Shown here: one piece after another, positions 36,361 through 46,310 of the stretch
Numbering within the stretch: the first letter of the stretch is position 1
How the letters are laid out: the number at the start of each line of letters is the position of its first letter
Source: an uncultured bacterium
Lineage (GTDB): Bacteria > Verrucomicrobiota > Verrucomicrobiia > Verrucomicrobiales > DEV007
Reading direction: 5' to 3'
DNA length: 64,000 nucleotides
Assembly: GCA_963977015.1 (NCBI GenBank)
Contig: CAXBMO010000015.1
Coordinates: 1-64,000, forward strand
Translations under genes and position numbers: made by a program
The notes under the pieces: model-generated
The model's database searches: none
What the model was told of the DNA's origin: nothing
The model's input: the letters and a program-made list of their open reading frames with translations, nothing else

Positions 36361-37356
36361 ATGAACCGCAACGCTTTCGTCCTCCCTCTCTTGGCGGCCA
36401 TTCTTATGCCCGTTCAGTCACAAGCAATCACAGGAGGTCCCTGGGACCACCTGTTTCCCGAGAAGTTTAGCAGAAACAACACCGATGGCGTTTATGAGGC
36501 TGTTGTTTCGCTGACGAACGGGTCCGGCTTCATCAAATTTGAAAGTCAGGCTACGCGCTTGACGCTTGACGACCCGACCGTTGAAGAGCAGCAGGCCCAA
36601 GCCGGTTTTTTCTCCGCCACCACCACCTCCACGGACGTCAGCACAACGCTGGCTGCGGTGTCCAACTCGATCATCTTTTTCCAGGGCAATAGCTACTTTG
36701 GAAATACCTTTGGTTCCGTTGATGCCCAAACGGGTGATGTCAGTGGTTCTACCACGGGACAGTCTTCCATCGTCAGCAATATTGAGAACAGCTTGTCAGG
36801 TCTCACGGATACGGCCGGAGCCGCCATCGATGTCTCTGGTCTGTCCGAGACGATGAACATGTCTTTCACCGGTAACATTACCGAAAGAAACCCTCAGGTT
36901 CGATTTGAAGCCGAAGGCGACATCAACTTTTTGAGTCGGCCTCCCATCAACTTCCAGTTCATTACTCAAACCACTCCCGGGGCGCAAAACAACCCTCCGA
37001 CCACCACACTGGTCGCCACGATTGCTCAAATTGCAGCAGGCGGATCAACTACCGAATCCGTGACCACCACGGGTAATGAAACGACCACGACGCAGGACTC
37101 GACGGTGATCACTACCACGACCAACGATACGGTCGGCAATACCACGACCAACACCGTTCGCACTCAACAGACGGGAAGCGGTCCGGACACCAACACGATT
37201 GCGACCAACCGGACCAGAAACGAACCCACCGAGTCCTCAGGAGCACCTCTTGAGCCCGACTTGACCCGCACGATTCGTCTGTTCGGAGGTCGCGTGGCAC
37301 TTGAAGGCGTCTCCGCAGGGGATGCGACTGCCGCAGCGCAATCCGGCGGAGGTTAA
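36361..37356 (+). CDS. Secreted Thr/Ser/Gly-rich hypothetical protein
   Basis: Signal peptide ending SQA, mature start ITGGPWD; long Thr-rich C-terminal half; no Cys in the mature part. Confidence 0.75.
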   Translation: MNRNAFVLPLLAAILMPVQSQAITGGPWDHLFPEKFSRNNTDGVYEAVVSLTNGSGFIKFESQATRLTLDDPTVEEQQAQAGFFSATTTSTDVSTTLAAVSNSIIFFQGNSYFGNTFGSVDAQTGDVSGSTTGQSSIVSNIENSLSGLTDTAGAAIDVSGLSETMNMSFTGNITERNPQVRFEAEGDINFLSRPPINFQFITQTTPGAQNNPPTTTLVATIAQIAAGGSTTESVTTTGNETTTTQDSTVITTTTNDTVGNTTTNTVRTQQTGSGPDTNTIATNRTRNEPTESSGAPLEPDLTRTIRLFGGRVALEGVSAGDATAAAQSGGG

Positions 37357-37385
37357 ACCCTTGCTACGGTAAGAAGATTCGGTTT

Positions 37386-37904
37386 ATGAATCCAAAATTT
37401 CGAAACCATCATCTTGGCTTTACCTTGGTCGAGATGATGGTTTCAATGGCAATAATGGCAACGCTCGCCGGGATCATGACGATCTCCTACGGGGCGTTTC
37501 GAGAGCGCGCCGAGAAGGTTGCCTGCATGGGCAAACTCAAAACTCTCCACAGCGCGTTCGCCACCCATGTTGAAGACGTTGGCTATTGGCCTCAGATTCC
37601 TGAGGACGTTGGCGATGCGTTCGAATACTACAATGCCATCATCAAAGCAGTATCTCCCTATGGGGGCGACCGCTACGCTTGGATGTGCCCGACGGAAGCA
37701 CGCATCGGCCTCGTAAGCATCTCTCGAGATGACTTCATGGGTTCCTACGCTCCCACCATGTACGACACCGTTCCCGGGCGACCCTATGAATGGGGATCAC
37801 AGCCCTGGTTGATTGAGCGCGTCGATAATCATGGGACCGGGCAACTCTTTGTCCTGCCCGACTCCTCGATTCACTCCGTTGGCGACCTGATGAAGGGCCG
37901 CTAG
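37386..37904 (+). CDS. Type IV prepilin/pseudopilin (N-methyl-Phe)
   Basis: GFTLVEMMV cleavage/methylation site; C..KLK, CP and HG..LPD motifs of PVC pilin-like proteins. Confidence 0.88.
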   Translation: MNPKFRNHHLGFTLVEMMVSMAIMATLAGIMTISYGAFRERAEKVACMGKLKTLHSAFATHVEDVGYWPQIPEDVGDAFEYYNAIIKAVSPYGGDRYAWMCPTEARIGLVSISRDDFMGSYAPTMYDTVPGRPYEWGSQPWLIERVDNHGTGQLFVLPDSSIHSVGDLMKGR

Positions 37905-37973
37905 CAGTGCCGTTTCCTCACAGGACTGCGATCGCTCGTTGAACTTCCTGTAGTCTGAAGCAAAGTTGGTTCC

Positions 37974-39563
37974 GTGAACGCGCACGCTCAACGGATCGCC
38001 TTTTTCGCCGCTGCGGTTGTTGCGACGCTCTTGGTCTATTTTCCAATCGCTTCATCGGCGGACCGCTATTCACTCTACAAAGTGCTGGGACGGATGCCCG
38101 CTTCGATCGAAGAGCCGACTCTGCCCAGCCACAGACTGACGGACTCCGAAGTTCCCAACTTTTCGCAGCTGAATCAGGAATACACTCGCGTAATCGCGCA
38201 TGTGATTCCTTCGGTCGTAAGTATTGACACCACTTCAGCCAAACAGGTTCCGGAACTGGAGATTGTGAAAAGCAAGGCCATGCGGAGCATGCGTATGCCT
38301 GACGGGAAAGAGGCAACGGTGATGATCCCGACCGAGACCCGCGTCACCAGCCGGGATATTTTCACCGAGATCCCGGGTGTTGGTTCCGGCGTTTTTATTT
38401 CAGAGGACGGCCACATCATCACCAATCACCATGTGGTGCAGGGTGCGGATGACATTTTGGTTACCACCCATGACCAACAGCAGTTCAATGCGATCGTCAT
38501 CGGTGCCGATTCCACCGTTGATCTTGCCGTCCTCCTGATTCCCGATGCCGGGGACCGAAAGTTCCCCGTCCTTAATTTTGCGGATTCGGAATCCATTCAG
38601 CCAGGCCAAATCGTTTTCGCCTTCGGAAACCCATTCGGCCTTTCGGAATCCATCACCCAGGGAATCATCAATGGAACGGGGCGCCGATTTTACGGTTCGA
38701 GCGACAACGCCTACATACAGACGGACGCAGTGATTAATCCCGGGAATTCGGGCGGCCCCTTGTCTGATATCTATGGTCAGGTCGTGGGAATCAACGTCAT
38801 CGCGTATGCCGGCGAACAGGATCCTGATCCCAGACGAGTCCGGGCCTGGCAGGGAATGGGCCTGGCGTTGCCCTCAAACCGAGTCGTGAGAGCCTATGAG
38901 GAAGTCATGAATCTCGGGCAACGCAAGCGGCCCTACCTCGGTGTCATTTTCAACGAAGTGAAGCAAGAAATGGCTGATGCTGTTGGACTGGAAGAAGCGT
39001 CAGGTGCGATGATTTACTCCCTCGAAGAGGACTCGCCAGCTCGCGATATTCTGCAGGAAGGAGACATTGTTTTGGAAATCGGAGGAGAACCGGTTCAATC
39101 CGTAATGGATGCTTCCCGAACGATTCGATCTCAATCTCCCGAGACCCCGGTTGAGATCAATGTGTGGAGAAAAGGGGCCAATCAGTCGGTCAAGGTCAAG
39201 CTGGCCCAGTTTCACGACGTCAACCAAATCGCGCGTTTGCCCGCCATCCTTTCAGAAGGTTTGACCATGTCGGAACTGCGAAGCTCGCTCGGATTGTTGC
39301 TTCGAGAATTGACGCCACGCGATAAAATCGAATCGGGAATGCCCAAAGATCTGGGCGGAATTTTCGTCTGGAGGGTTGATGAGCAGTCTCCCATGAGTGG
39401 CCATGTTGAAGGCTATGATTTGATCCACGAAATTAACGGACACCCGGTCTGGACGGAGGAGGACTTTTATACGCTTCTGAGCGAATTGCCCACTGATCAG
39501 CCATCCACAATGATGCTGACACGAAATCGCCGACGCTATTACCTTGAGTTTAGGCCTGGTTAG
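37974..39563 (+). CDS. DegP/HtrA-like serine protease with two PDZ domains
   Basis: GSGV..ITNHHVV, DLAVL and IQTDAVINPGNSGGPL; two PDZ-like regions. Confidence 0.93.
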   Translation: MNAHAQRIAFFAAAVVATLLVYFPIASSADRYSLYKVLGRMPASIEEPTLPSHRLTDSEVPNFSQLNQEYTRVIAHVIPSVVSIDTTSAKQVPELEIVKSKAMRSMRMPDGKEATVMIPTETRVTSRDIFTEIPGVGSGVFISEDGHIITNHHVVQGADDILVTTHDQQQFNAIVIGADSTVDLAVLLIPDAGDRKFPVLNFADSESIQPGQIVFAFGNPFGLSESITQGIINGTGRRFYGSSDNAYIQTDAVINPGNSGGPLSDIYGQVVGINVIAYAGEQDPDPRRVRAWQGMGLALPSNRVVRAYEEVMNLGQRKRPYLGVIFNEVKQEMADAVGLEEASGAMIYSLEEDSPARDILQEGDIVLEIGGEPVQSVMDASRTIRSQSPETPVEINVWRKGANQSVKVKLAQFHDVNQIARLPAILSEGLTMSELRSSLGLLLRELTPRDKIESGMPKDLGGIFVWRVDEQSPMSGHVEGYDLIHEINGHPVWTEEDFYTLLSELPTDQPSTMMLTRNRRRYYLEFRPG

Positions 39564-39620
39564 GCAATATCGTATTTAAGTTTTAAAACGGATAAATTTT
39601 CTCAAGATTAAGAGGTACGT

Positions 39621-39649
39621 TTGACAGCAGATCCGAAGCAGCAAACACT
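39621..39649 (+). promoter_or_regulatory. Possible sigma70 promoter for the OmpA-family gene
   Basis: TTGACA (39621-39626), 17-bp spacer, AACACT (39644-39649). Confidence 0.4.
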
Positions 39650-39669
39650 CCCTCACAGATTCATCTCTC

Positions 39670-41052
39670 ATGAAAAATCATAAAGTTGCTGGAAGTATCA
39701 GCGGACCGGTTTTGGCCTTCCTAGGTGTCTTGGTAGTCGGCCTTGGCGTGGCTGCATTTTTGTTTGTGCCCAAATTCAAGGAGGTGTTGAAACAGAAAGC
39801 AGAAGACGAAATCGCTGCCACTGAGGATCCCAGCAACGAGTCCTCTCCCACAACTGCGGAACCCGAAAGCACTCCTGAACCGGTAGCTCCGAAGCCCGTG
39901 ATGGTTGAACCGGAAGGTGAAAAACCATCGCCGTATTTGACCGATTCGGTCCTGATCTCAGATCTGACATCCAAACTTCAAAGTGGGGACATCGTTGGCT
40001 TTTTGGAACTGTCGGGAGAAAAAATTGCCACACCAGTCAACAAACAACGGCTAAAGAGCCTCATCGTTGATCGCAAATATATCGTGGATGCCGATCGTCC
40101 CCAAGTTGAGCTCGGCAGCGAGGGAGACGCCAAATCCTGGGGAATCAATTTGACCCCTCCCGCTGAAAGCAAGGATTTGGGCGCACAGCAAATCAAATTG
40201 GGATTGGCCAATTCACCGAATTTGGGCTGGAACCTTGTCAGCCTGGCAGTTCCAGATATTGAAGCAATTGCCGCAGCTCAGGCGAAGAAAGCCAGCGAAG
40301 AGATGGAAGAGCCTGGCGTGAAACCGGTCGATATTGCGCGTGAATTCTTTGAGGCTGTGTTGAACCGGAATTTCCGAGAGGCGAAGGCACACGTCAATCC
40401 TGACCGGCTTACCGACGAGAAGCTAGCTGCACTTTTCATCGTCGTCGAAGAAGGCGAATTTAAGCCTCACAGCAAAAACGCCCTTGTTGCCACTGCCGCG
40501 CAGGAGCGAAATGCCTGGGTCATTGCGCGCCTGGAGTCTGCTGCAAAGCAATCCGATTTCGGAATCGAAATGGAGCGAAAAGCCGTGAGCGAACCTTGGA
40601 AAGTGGTCGGTTTGAACTTCTCCAAACTGATCCAGGCTCAAGCGGCGATGCTCGGCGCTGGAGATATTGCCTACACGCCCATCAAGAAGAACCTCAAAGG
40701 CGGCGACTCCCTCGTTCTTTATTTCGAGTATGACGATACTGAGTTGAATCCGCGAGCCGCAAAGCAGTTGGAAATTATTGCGCAGATTCTGAAACAGGAT
40801 CCCAAACGCCAGCTGCACATCAATGGGCATGCTGACGCGATGGGTGACGAGGACTACAACGAAGGTCTCAGTAACAATCGAGCCACCAATGTGCGCAGCT
40901 CACTGATTGCCTACGGGATCCCTGCAAACCAGATCGTGACAAAGGGTTTCGGGGAAAGCGCCCCTAAAGCGCCCAACCTCAATCCAGACGGAACCGACAA
41001 TCCGAGTGGACGGGCTCAAAACCGGCGGGCTGAAGTTTACCTCGACTTCTAG
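39670..41052 (+). CDS. Membrane-anchored protein with a C-terminal OmpA-like peptidoglycan-binding domain
   Basis: N-terminal TM segment; GHADAMG..YN..LS..RA, GFGES.P and GRAQNRRAEV. Confidence 0.9.
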   Translation: MKNHKVAGSISGPVLAFLGVLVVGLGVAAFLFVPKFKEVLKQKAEDEIAATEDPSNESSPTTAEPESTPEPVAPKPVMVEPEGEKPSPYLTDSVLISDLTSKLQSGDIVGFLELSGEKIATPVNKQRLKSLIVDRKYIVDADRPQVELGSEGDAKSWGINLTPPAESKDLGAQQIKLGLANSPNLGWNLVSLAVPDIEAIAAAQAKKASEEMEEPGVKPVDIAREFFEAVLNRNFREAKAHVNPDRLTDEKLAALFIVVEEGEFKPHSKNALVATAAQERNAWVIARLESAAKQSDFGIEMERKAVSEPWKVVGLNFSKLIQAQAAMLGAGDIAYTPIKKNLKGGDSLVLYFEYDDTELNPRAAKQLEIIAQILKQDPKRQLHINGHADAMGDEDYNEGLSNNRATNVRSSLIAYGIPANQIVTKGFGESAPKAPNLNPDGTDNPSGRAQNRRAEVYLDF

Positions 41053-41082
41053 GTCGACGACCTCTTCCGACTCCCACTCAGC

Positions 41083-41814
41083 TTAGAGAAATTCCTGATA
41101 GAGGGGCTTCACAATGATCTCCGGCACGACGACGTGTTTGGGAAGTTGTGCAATCGCGACGACCATCGCCCCAATATCCTCAGGATGAACCATTTGGGCC
41201 TTCTTCTCGTCAGGGACCGGTTCCGGACGATCGTCCAACAGAGGCGTATTCACTTCGCCAGGGTAAACGTTGGTGATTCGGATCCCGTTTCCGGCTTCTT
41301 CGGCTCCGATTTCGGTTCCGAGCGCCGTTGCTGCGAATTTTGAGGCGGCATAAGCAGCTCCGGCAAGCGGCAAGGCCCGTTTGCCGGCAATCGAAGAAAC
41401 GTTGAACACGATTCCATCTTTTCGCTGGCGCATGGAGGGCAAAACCGCGTGAAGGACATTGAAGAAACCGGTGCAATTCACCGCGATCAACTTGTCGAAA
41501 TCAGACGGGTCGAGAACCTCCATTCGCCGTTTCGCGATATTGACTCCCGCACTGTTCACAACAATGTCGATTTCTCCGATTTGCTCGTTGGCCCACTCAA
41601 AAAGCTGCCTGGCGTCCGTACGGTCCGCCACATCGCAGGCTTTCACCAAAGGCGGATTTTCATCGAAAGACTCAGCAGCTTTTTTCAGTTTGTCCTCGTT
41701 TCGACCCGCGATCACGACCTTGGCGCCAGCTGAAGCAAGCGATTGGGCAATGCCCAAGCCAATCCCACTTCCACCTCCCGTGACGACAACGTTTTTTCCT
41801 TCGATGGGGTTCAT
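41083..41814 (-). CDS. SDR family oxidoreductase
   Basis: TGGGSGIG, NSAG, SSIAG, YAASKF and PGEVNT. Confidence 0.92.
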   Translation of the reverse strand: MNPIEGKNVVVTGGGSGIGLGIAQSLASAGAKVVIAGRNEDKLKKAAESFDENPPLVKACDVADRTDARQLFEWANEQIGEIDIVVNSAGVNIAKRRMEVLDPSDFDKLIAVNCTGFFNVLHAVLPSMRQRKDGIVFNVSSIAGKRALPLAGAAYAASKFAATALGTEIGAEEAGNGIRITNVYPGEVNTPLLDDRPEPVPDEKKAQMVHPEDIGAMVVAIAQLPKHVVVPEIIVKPLYQEFL

Positions 41815-41875
41815 TTTCGAATCAGAGTCAGCAGGTTTTTAGAAATTTGTGGGAACTAGCCGGTCGGTTTGGAAA

Positions 41876-42973
41876 TCAGCGGACGACCCGGGCGCCTCCA
41901 CCGGCCATGATTTTTTCGACCTCACCGAGCGACGCCATCGTCGTATCTCCTGGTGTCGTCATCGCCAGCGCGCCATGAGCAGCGCCATAATTCACGGCCT
42001 TTGCCGGATCATTGTGCTCCAAAAACCCGTAAATCAGCCCCGAGGCAAAGCTGTCGCCACCTCCAACCCGGTCAAGAATTTCGAGCCGGTCTCGTTGCTC
42101 GGCCTGATGGAATTCGCCATCGTGCCAGCAAATCGCACCCCAATCGTTCACCGTAGCGGTATGAACTTCGCGAAGGGTTGTCGCGGTTGCCTGGAAGTTG
42201 GGAAACTCTTTGATCGCGGTCTCAATCATGCTCTTGAAGTTGGCAACGTCGATCCCGGAAATGTTCTCGTCCACGCCCTCGACCTCGAAGCCTAGCGAAG
42301 CTGTGAAATCCTCCTCATTGCCGATCATCACATCCACATATTTCGCGATTTCCCGGTTCACCTCCTGCGCTTTTTTCTGGCCGCCAATCGATTTCCAAAG
42401 CGAAGGCCGGTAGTTGAGATCATAGGAGACAATTGTGCCGTGTTTTTGGGCGGCCTTGCAGGCTTCAATGGTCACCTCTGCGGCGGACTCGGATAGAGCC
42501 GCAAAGATTCCTCCGGTATGGAACCAGCGCGAGCCTGCCTTCCCAAAAATGTTGTCCCAATCGACATCTCCAGGCTTCATCTGGGACGCAGCCGTATTGC
42601 CTCGGTCAGGACAGCCCACCGCACCACGAATGCCAAATCCTCGCTCCGTGAAGTTGAGCCCGTTGCGGACTTCCCTGCCAATTCCATCATAATCCTTCCA
42701 TTGAATGAACCGGGTATCGACCCCGCCTTGAAGGATGAAATCCTCAATCAAACGCCCAACGGGATTGTCCGCAAACGCAGTCACAACCGCACCCCTCAAG
42801 CCGAAGCAGCGCCGAAGCCCTCGGGCCACATTGTATTCCCCTCCACCTTCCCATGCAGCAAAGGATCGACTCGTATGAATTCGACTCTCACCGGGGTCAA
42901 GTCGCAGCATCACCTCGCCGAGGGATATGCAGTCGAATTCACAATCAGAACTGGGGCGTAATTTAATGGACAT
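41876..42973 (-). CDS. kdgK: PfkB sugar kinase, 2-keto-3-deoxygluconate kinase-like
   Basis: LGEVMLRL, GGGEYNVA, YDLNYRPSLW, NEEDF and DRVGGGDSF. Confidence 0.8.
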   Translation of the reverse strand: MSIKLRPSSDCEFDCISLGEVMLRLDPGESRIHTSRSFAAWEGGGEYNVARGLRRCFGLRGAVVTAFADNPVGRLIEDFILQGGVDTRFIQWKDYDGIGREVRNGLNFTERGFGIRGAVGCPDRGNTAASQMKPGDVDWDNIFGKAGSRWFHTGGIFAALSESAAEVTIEACKAAQKHGTIVSYDLNYRPSLWKSIGGQKKAQEVNREIAKYVDVMIGNEEDFTASLGFEVEGVDENISGIDVANFKSMIETAIKEFPNFQATATTLREVHTATVNDWGAICWHDGEFHQAEQRDRLEILDRVGGGDSFASGLIYGFLEHNDPAKAVNYGAAHGALAMTTPGDTTMASLGEVEKIMAGGGARVVR

Positions 42974-43275
42974 TCTAGGGTAGAGTTTAGCTGGTAAAAA
43001 GTGCCTGGGGCCGGGAAATGCTTGATGGATGCGCAACAACGGCAGAATCCCTCCCCTCGGCAGGTGTATCCTTCTCTAGCTGGGTTTCCCCGATTGTCGA
43101 CCGCAAAACCAATGCGGACAAGATACCGGGTATCCTCGCACTATCGCAAGAACATGAATGCGACCCCATTTATCCGTTGACTCTCCATGACGAGGCTGAG
43201 ATTATGAAAATCACTGAAGTTTCTAATTTTTGTTGACTTAAGTTAAAAGTCTAGAAAACTTAATAGAAGAACTTT

Positions 43276-44931
43276 ATGAAAATCCCGCATCGATTTCTCG
43301 TCCCATCCGCCCTTCTGCTTTTGCCTTTCGGCAATCTCGCACATGCTGAAGACTCGGTAGTCTACACGGACATCATTGCTCCTGTATTGGAAGCAAAATG
43401 CGTCTCCTGCCACGGAGCCGACAAGCAAAAAGGAAAGTTGAGAATGGACTCCATGGAGTTCCTCAAGAAAGGCGGCGGCGAAGGACCTGCGATCGTCGCA
43501 GGAAATGTGGATGAAAGCCTCGCGTTGTTTCGGCTCTCCCTGCCGTTGGACGACGATGAGCACATGCCGCCCGAAGACAAGGAACAGTTTACAGAGGCCG
43601 AGACCAAGCTTCTGACCTTCTGGGTGGAGAAAGGTGCAAACCCGACAATTAAACTCAGCCAACTCGGATTGCCTGACGACCTCAAGGGAAGTGTAAACAC
43701 GATTTTGGCATCACTGAAGGCCAAGCCTGCCAAACCCGCACCAACTGCAGAGGAATTGAAACAGGCAGAAGCCAAGAAAAAGCTCGCCGCAGAGGTCATG
43801 GCGAAGGTCAACGCCACCGGTGCCACATTGATGCCGATTGCCCAGAACACGCCCGAGCTCCGGTTTTCCGCACTGAATGTTGCCAAGGACTTTGGCGATG
43901 CCCAGCTCAAAATGCTTGAGCCTGTTGCCGACCAGATTGCGACGGTCGACATTGCCCGCACCCAGGTTTCCGATGCCGGTTTGGCGACAATTGGGAAAAT
44001 GTCCAACCTGAGGCAACTCAAGGTGGAGAAAACAACCATCTCCGACGCAGGCTTGAAACACCTCACCGGGCTCAAGAATTTGGAGTATCTCAATCTCTAT
44101 GGAACTCAGGTAACGGATTCCGGACTCGCTCACCTTTCCGGACTATCCAATCTTTCCCGACTTTATCTCTGGCAGTCGAAAGCGACGAGTGACGGAGCAG
44201 AAAACCTGAAGAAAAAACTTCCCAAGGTGATCATCAACCTGGGTTGGGAACACGAAGCGAAGCAAAAAGCCGTTCAAGTTGCCGCCGCAAAGCCCACTCC
44301 CGCCCCAGCCCAAAAACCGGCGCCAGCGCCAGCGCCCAAACCGACTCCCAAGCCCGCTCCAGCTCCAAAACCCGAACCTAAGCCAGCGGCTGCTCCTGCC
44401 ACACCCGCACCTGCAGCCACCGCTGCGGCAGGCGTAACTTTGGCCGTGCTCGAGTCCCATTTGAAAGCGGCTCACGATGAAGCCAACCGTCTCAACTCGA
44501 CTGCAACCAAAGTCTTGGCTGATGCAAAAGCAGCGTCTGCTGCCGCTGCCACAAGTCTAGACCAGGCAAAGAAAGACGCAGCTGCAAAGCAAAAAGCGGC
44601 GGAGTTGGCCAAAGGTCAAATTAAGGACCGCGAAGCTGCGGTGAAGGCCATTCAAGGAGCTCTGGAGACCACCAAGGCACAGGCTGCGCTCGCGGCCCTC
44701 TCAAAGCGTCTCGAAGCAGATCTTGCTGAAGCTCAAAAACTTCTCACGGATGGTAGGAATGCCGTGACTGCCGCTGATGATGCGGCCAAGAAAGCAACTG
44801 CAGCCATTGCTGCAGCTGAGAAAACTGCTGCCGCCAAGGCGCAGGCTGTTGAGTTGGCCACCAAACAGGTTGCCAAGGTCGAAATGATCACGAAATCGAT
44901 CGTCGCTGCCGTCGCATCTTCCAAGAGCTAA
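43276..44931 (+). CDS. Planctomycete cytochrome c + leucine-rich repeats + Pro/Ala linker + Ala/Lys coiled-coil protein
   Basis: Signal peptide; KCVSCHG and HMPP; LRRs (LEYLNLYGTQVTDSGL); PAPAPKP linker; long helical tail. Confidence 0.85.
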   Translation: MKIPHRFLVPSALLLLPFGNLAHAEDSVVYTDIIAPVLEAKCVSCHGADKQKGKLRMDSMEFLKKGGGEGPAIVAGNVDESLALFRLSLPLDDDEHMPPEDKEQFTEAETKLLTFWVEKGANPTIKLSQLGLPDDLKGSVNTILASLKAKPAKPAPTAEELKQAEAKKKLAAEVMAKVNATGATLMPIAQNTPELRFSALNVAKDFGDAQLKMLEPVADQIATVDIARTQVSDAGLATIGKMSNLRQLKVEKTTISDAGLKHLTGLKNLEYLNLYGTQVTDSGLAHLSGLSNLSRLYLWQSKATSDGAENLKKKLPKVIINLGWEHEAKQKAVQVAAAKPTPAPAQKPAPAPAPKPTPKPAPAPKPEPKPAAAPATPAPAATAAAGVTLAVLESHLKAAHDEANRLNSTATKVLADAKAASAAAATSLDQAKKDAAAKQKAAELAKGQIKDREAAVKAIQGALETTKAQAALAALSKRLEADLAEAQKLLTDGRNAVTAADDAAKKATAAIAAAEKTAAAKAQAVELATKQVAKVEMITKSIVAAVASSKS

Positions 44932-45094
44932 TATCGAGCCTGACTCTCCTTTCAAAAGAGAAACGATTTCGGAGGAACATCGTTTCGATCAATGGCTGAC
45001 ACCTCGCCTGCGATGAACTGACCGGGCCACCCCATCTCCGGTGGACCCCCGGCTCACGAGGGCCTTTTTACCCAATAAATTTGCGTGCATATCA

Positions 45095-45127
45095 AGGGCC
45101 ATTCCGTCTTCAAAGGCGGGTGGCCCT
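45095..45127. terminator. Stem-loop between convergent genes, probable terminator
   Basis: AGGGCCATTCCGTCT-TCAA-AGGCGGGTGGCCCT; weak T-run. Confidence 0.5.
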
Positions 45128-45180
45128 AACCCCGTTTCTGTGAAACGAGTTTGATGGGTTCCCGCGGCGTGCTCCTCGAA

Positions 45181-46275
45181 TCAATCTCCTCCGCCGGAGT
45201 TCGCCAAGGCCTGGTATTCCTCAGGAAGTGCTTTGGCGAACCGGGTCTTGTCGATCGCCTTCATGTAGGCTTCCACGGCACCGACCTTACCCTGCACCAT
45301 TTGGTCCCAAATGGCCTCATCCATGAACTGCATTCCGTGTGCCTTGCCACCGGTAATGATGTCATAGAGTTTCTGGGTCGCTCCTTCCCGAATCACCGCT
45401 CCCACAGCAGGAGTTGCCACGAGGATCTCGTTGACGGCGACGCGACCTGGCTGGTCCTCACGCTTCAACAACAACTGCGCGACGACTCCTCGAAGGGAGG
45501 CCGAAAGCATGGTTCGAACCTGCGCCTGTTGGTCGGAAGGAAACACATCGATAATCCGATCAACGGTCTTGCGCGCGTTGTTGGTGTGAAGAGTACCAAA
45601 GACAAGGAGACCGGTCTCTGCCGCGGTTAATGCCAGTGAAATGGTTTCCAAATCACGCATCTCACCCACCAGAACAATGTCGGAGTCCTCCCGCAACGAG
45701 GCGCGAAGTCCATCCGCAAACGAAGGCGTCTGGATCCCGACCTCGCGCTGAGTGATGATGCTCTTCTTGTTGTTGTGAACAAATTCGATCGGTTCCTCAA
45801 CGGTGATGATGTGGCGTGAAAAATTCGAATTGATGTAATCAATCAAGGCCGCCAGCGTGGTGCTTTTTCCGGAGCCTGTCGGGCCGGTCACCAAGACCAA
45901 CCCGCTCTTCATCTGACCAAAGTGTTCGACCACGGAAGGAATGCCCAACTGCTCCAATGTCGCGATCTTGGTTGGAATCAGTCGAAACACGGCTCCCAAT
46001 CCGTTCTGCTGCTTGAAATAGTTGCAGCGGAAACGGGAATCCGCGTTCATCTCGTAGGCAAAGTCGAGATCACCGGTTTCCATGAACTTCTCGAACGCCT
46101 TTGGTTCGCAAATCTCGGAGAGCATGTCTTTGAGCACGTCATGGGTGAGGACACCTTCTGAGATCGGGCTCACCGCGCCGTGCACACGCACTTTGGGCGG
46201 TTGGCCTTCGCTGAGGTGAAGATCGGAACCTCCACCGTTCACCAGAACGTCAAAATATTGGTCGATTACAGCCAT
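45181..46275 (-). CDS. pilT: Type IV pilus retraction ATPase PilT
   Basis: SDLHL, GPTGSGKSTT, EEPIE, QRE, GEMRD and GTLHT. Confidence 0.9.
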   Translation of the reverse strand: MAVIDQYFDVLVNGGGSDLHLSEGQPPKVRVHGAVSPISEGVLTHDVLKDMLSEICEPKAFEKFMETGDLDFAYEMNADSRFRCNYFKQQNGLGAVFRLIPTKIATLEQLGIPSVVEHFGQMKSGLVLVTGPTGSGKSTTLAALIDYINSNFSRHIITVEEPIEFVHNNKKSIITQREVGIQTPSFADGLRASLREDSDIVLVGEMRDLETISLALTAAETGLLVFGTLHTNNARKTVDRIIDVFPSDQQAQVRTMLSASLRGVVAQLLLKREDQPGRVAVNEILVATPAVGAVIREGATQKLYDIITGGKAHGMQFMDEAIWDQMVQGKVGAVEAYMKAIDKTRFAKALPEEYQALANSGGGD

Positions 46276-46310
46276 TTCAGTATGTAGAGAGGAGTTTTCG
46301 AGAAAGTGCG

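Noticed and set aside
45133-45147. Additional parS (CGTTTCTGTGAAACG)
   Set aside because: 15 bp with the central ACGT missing.
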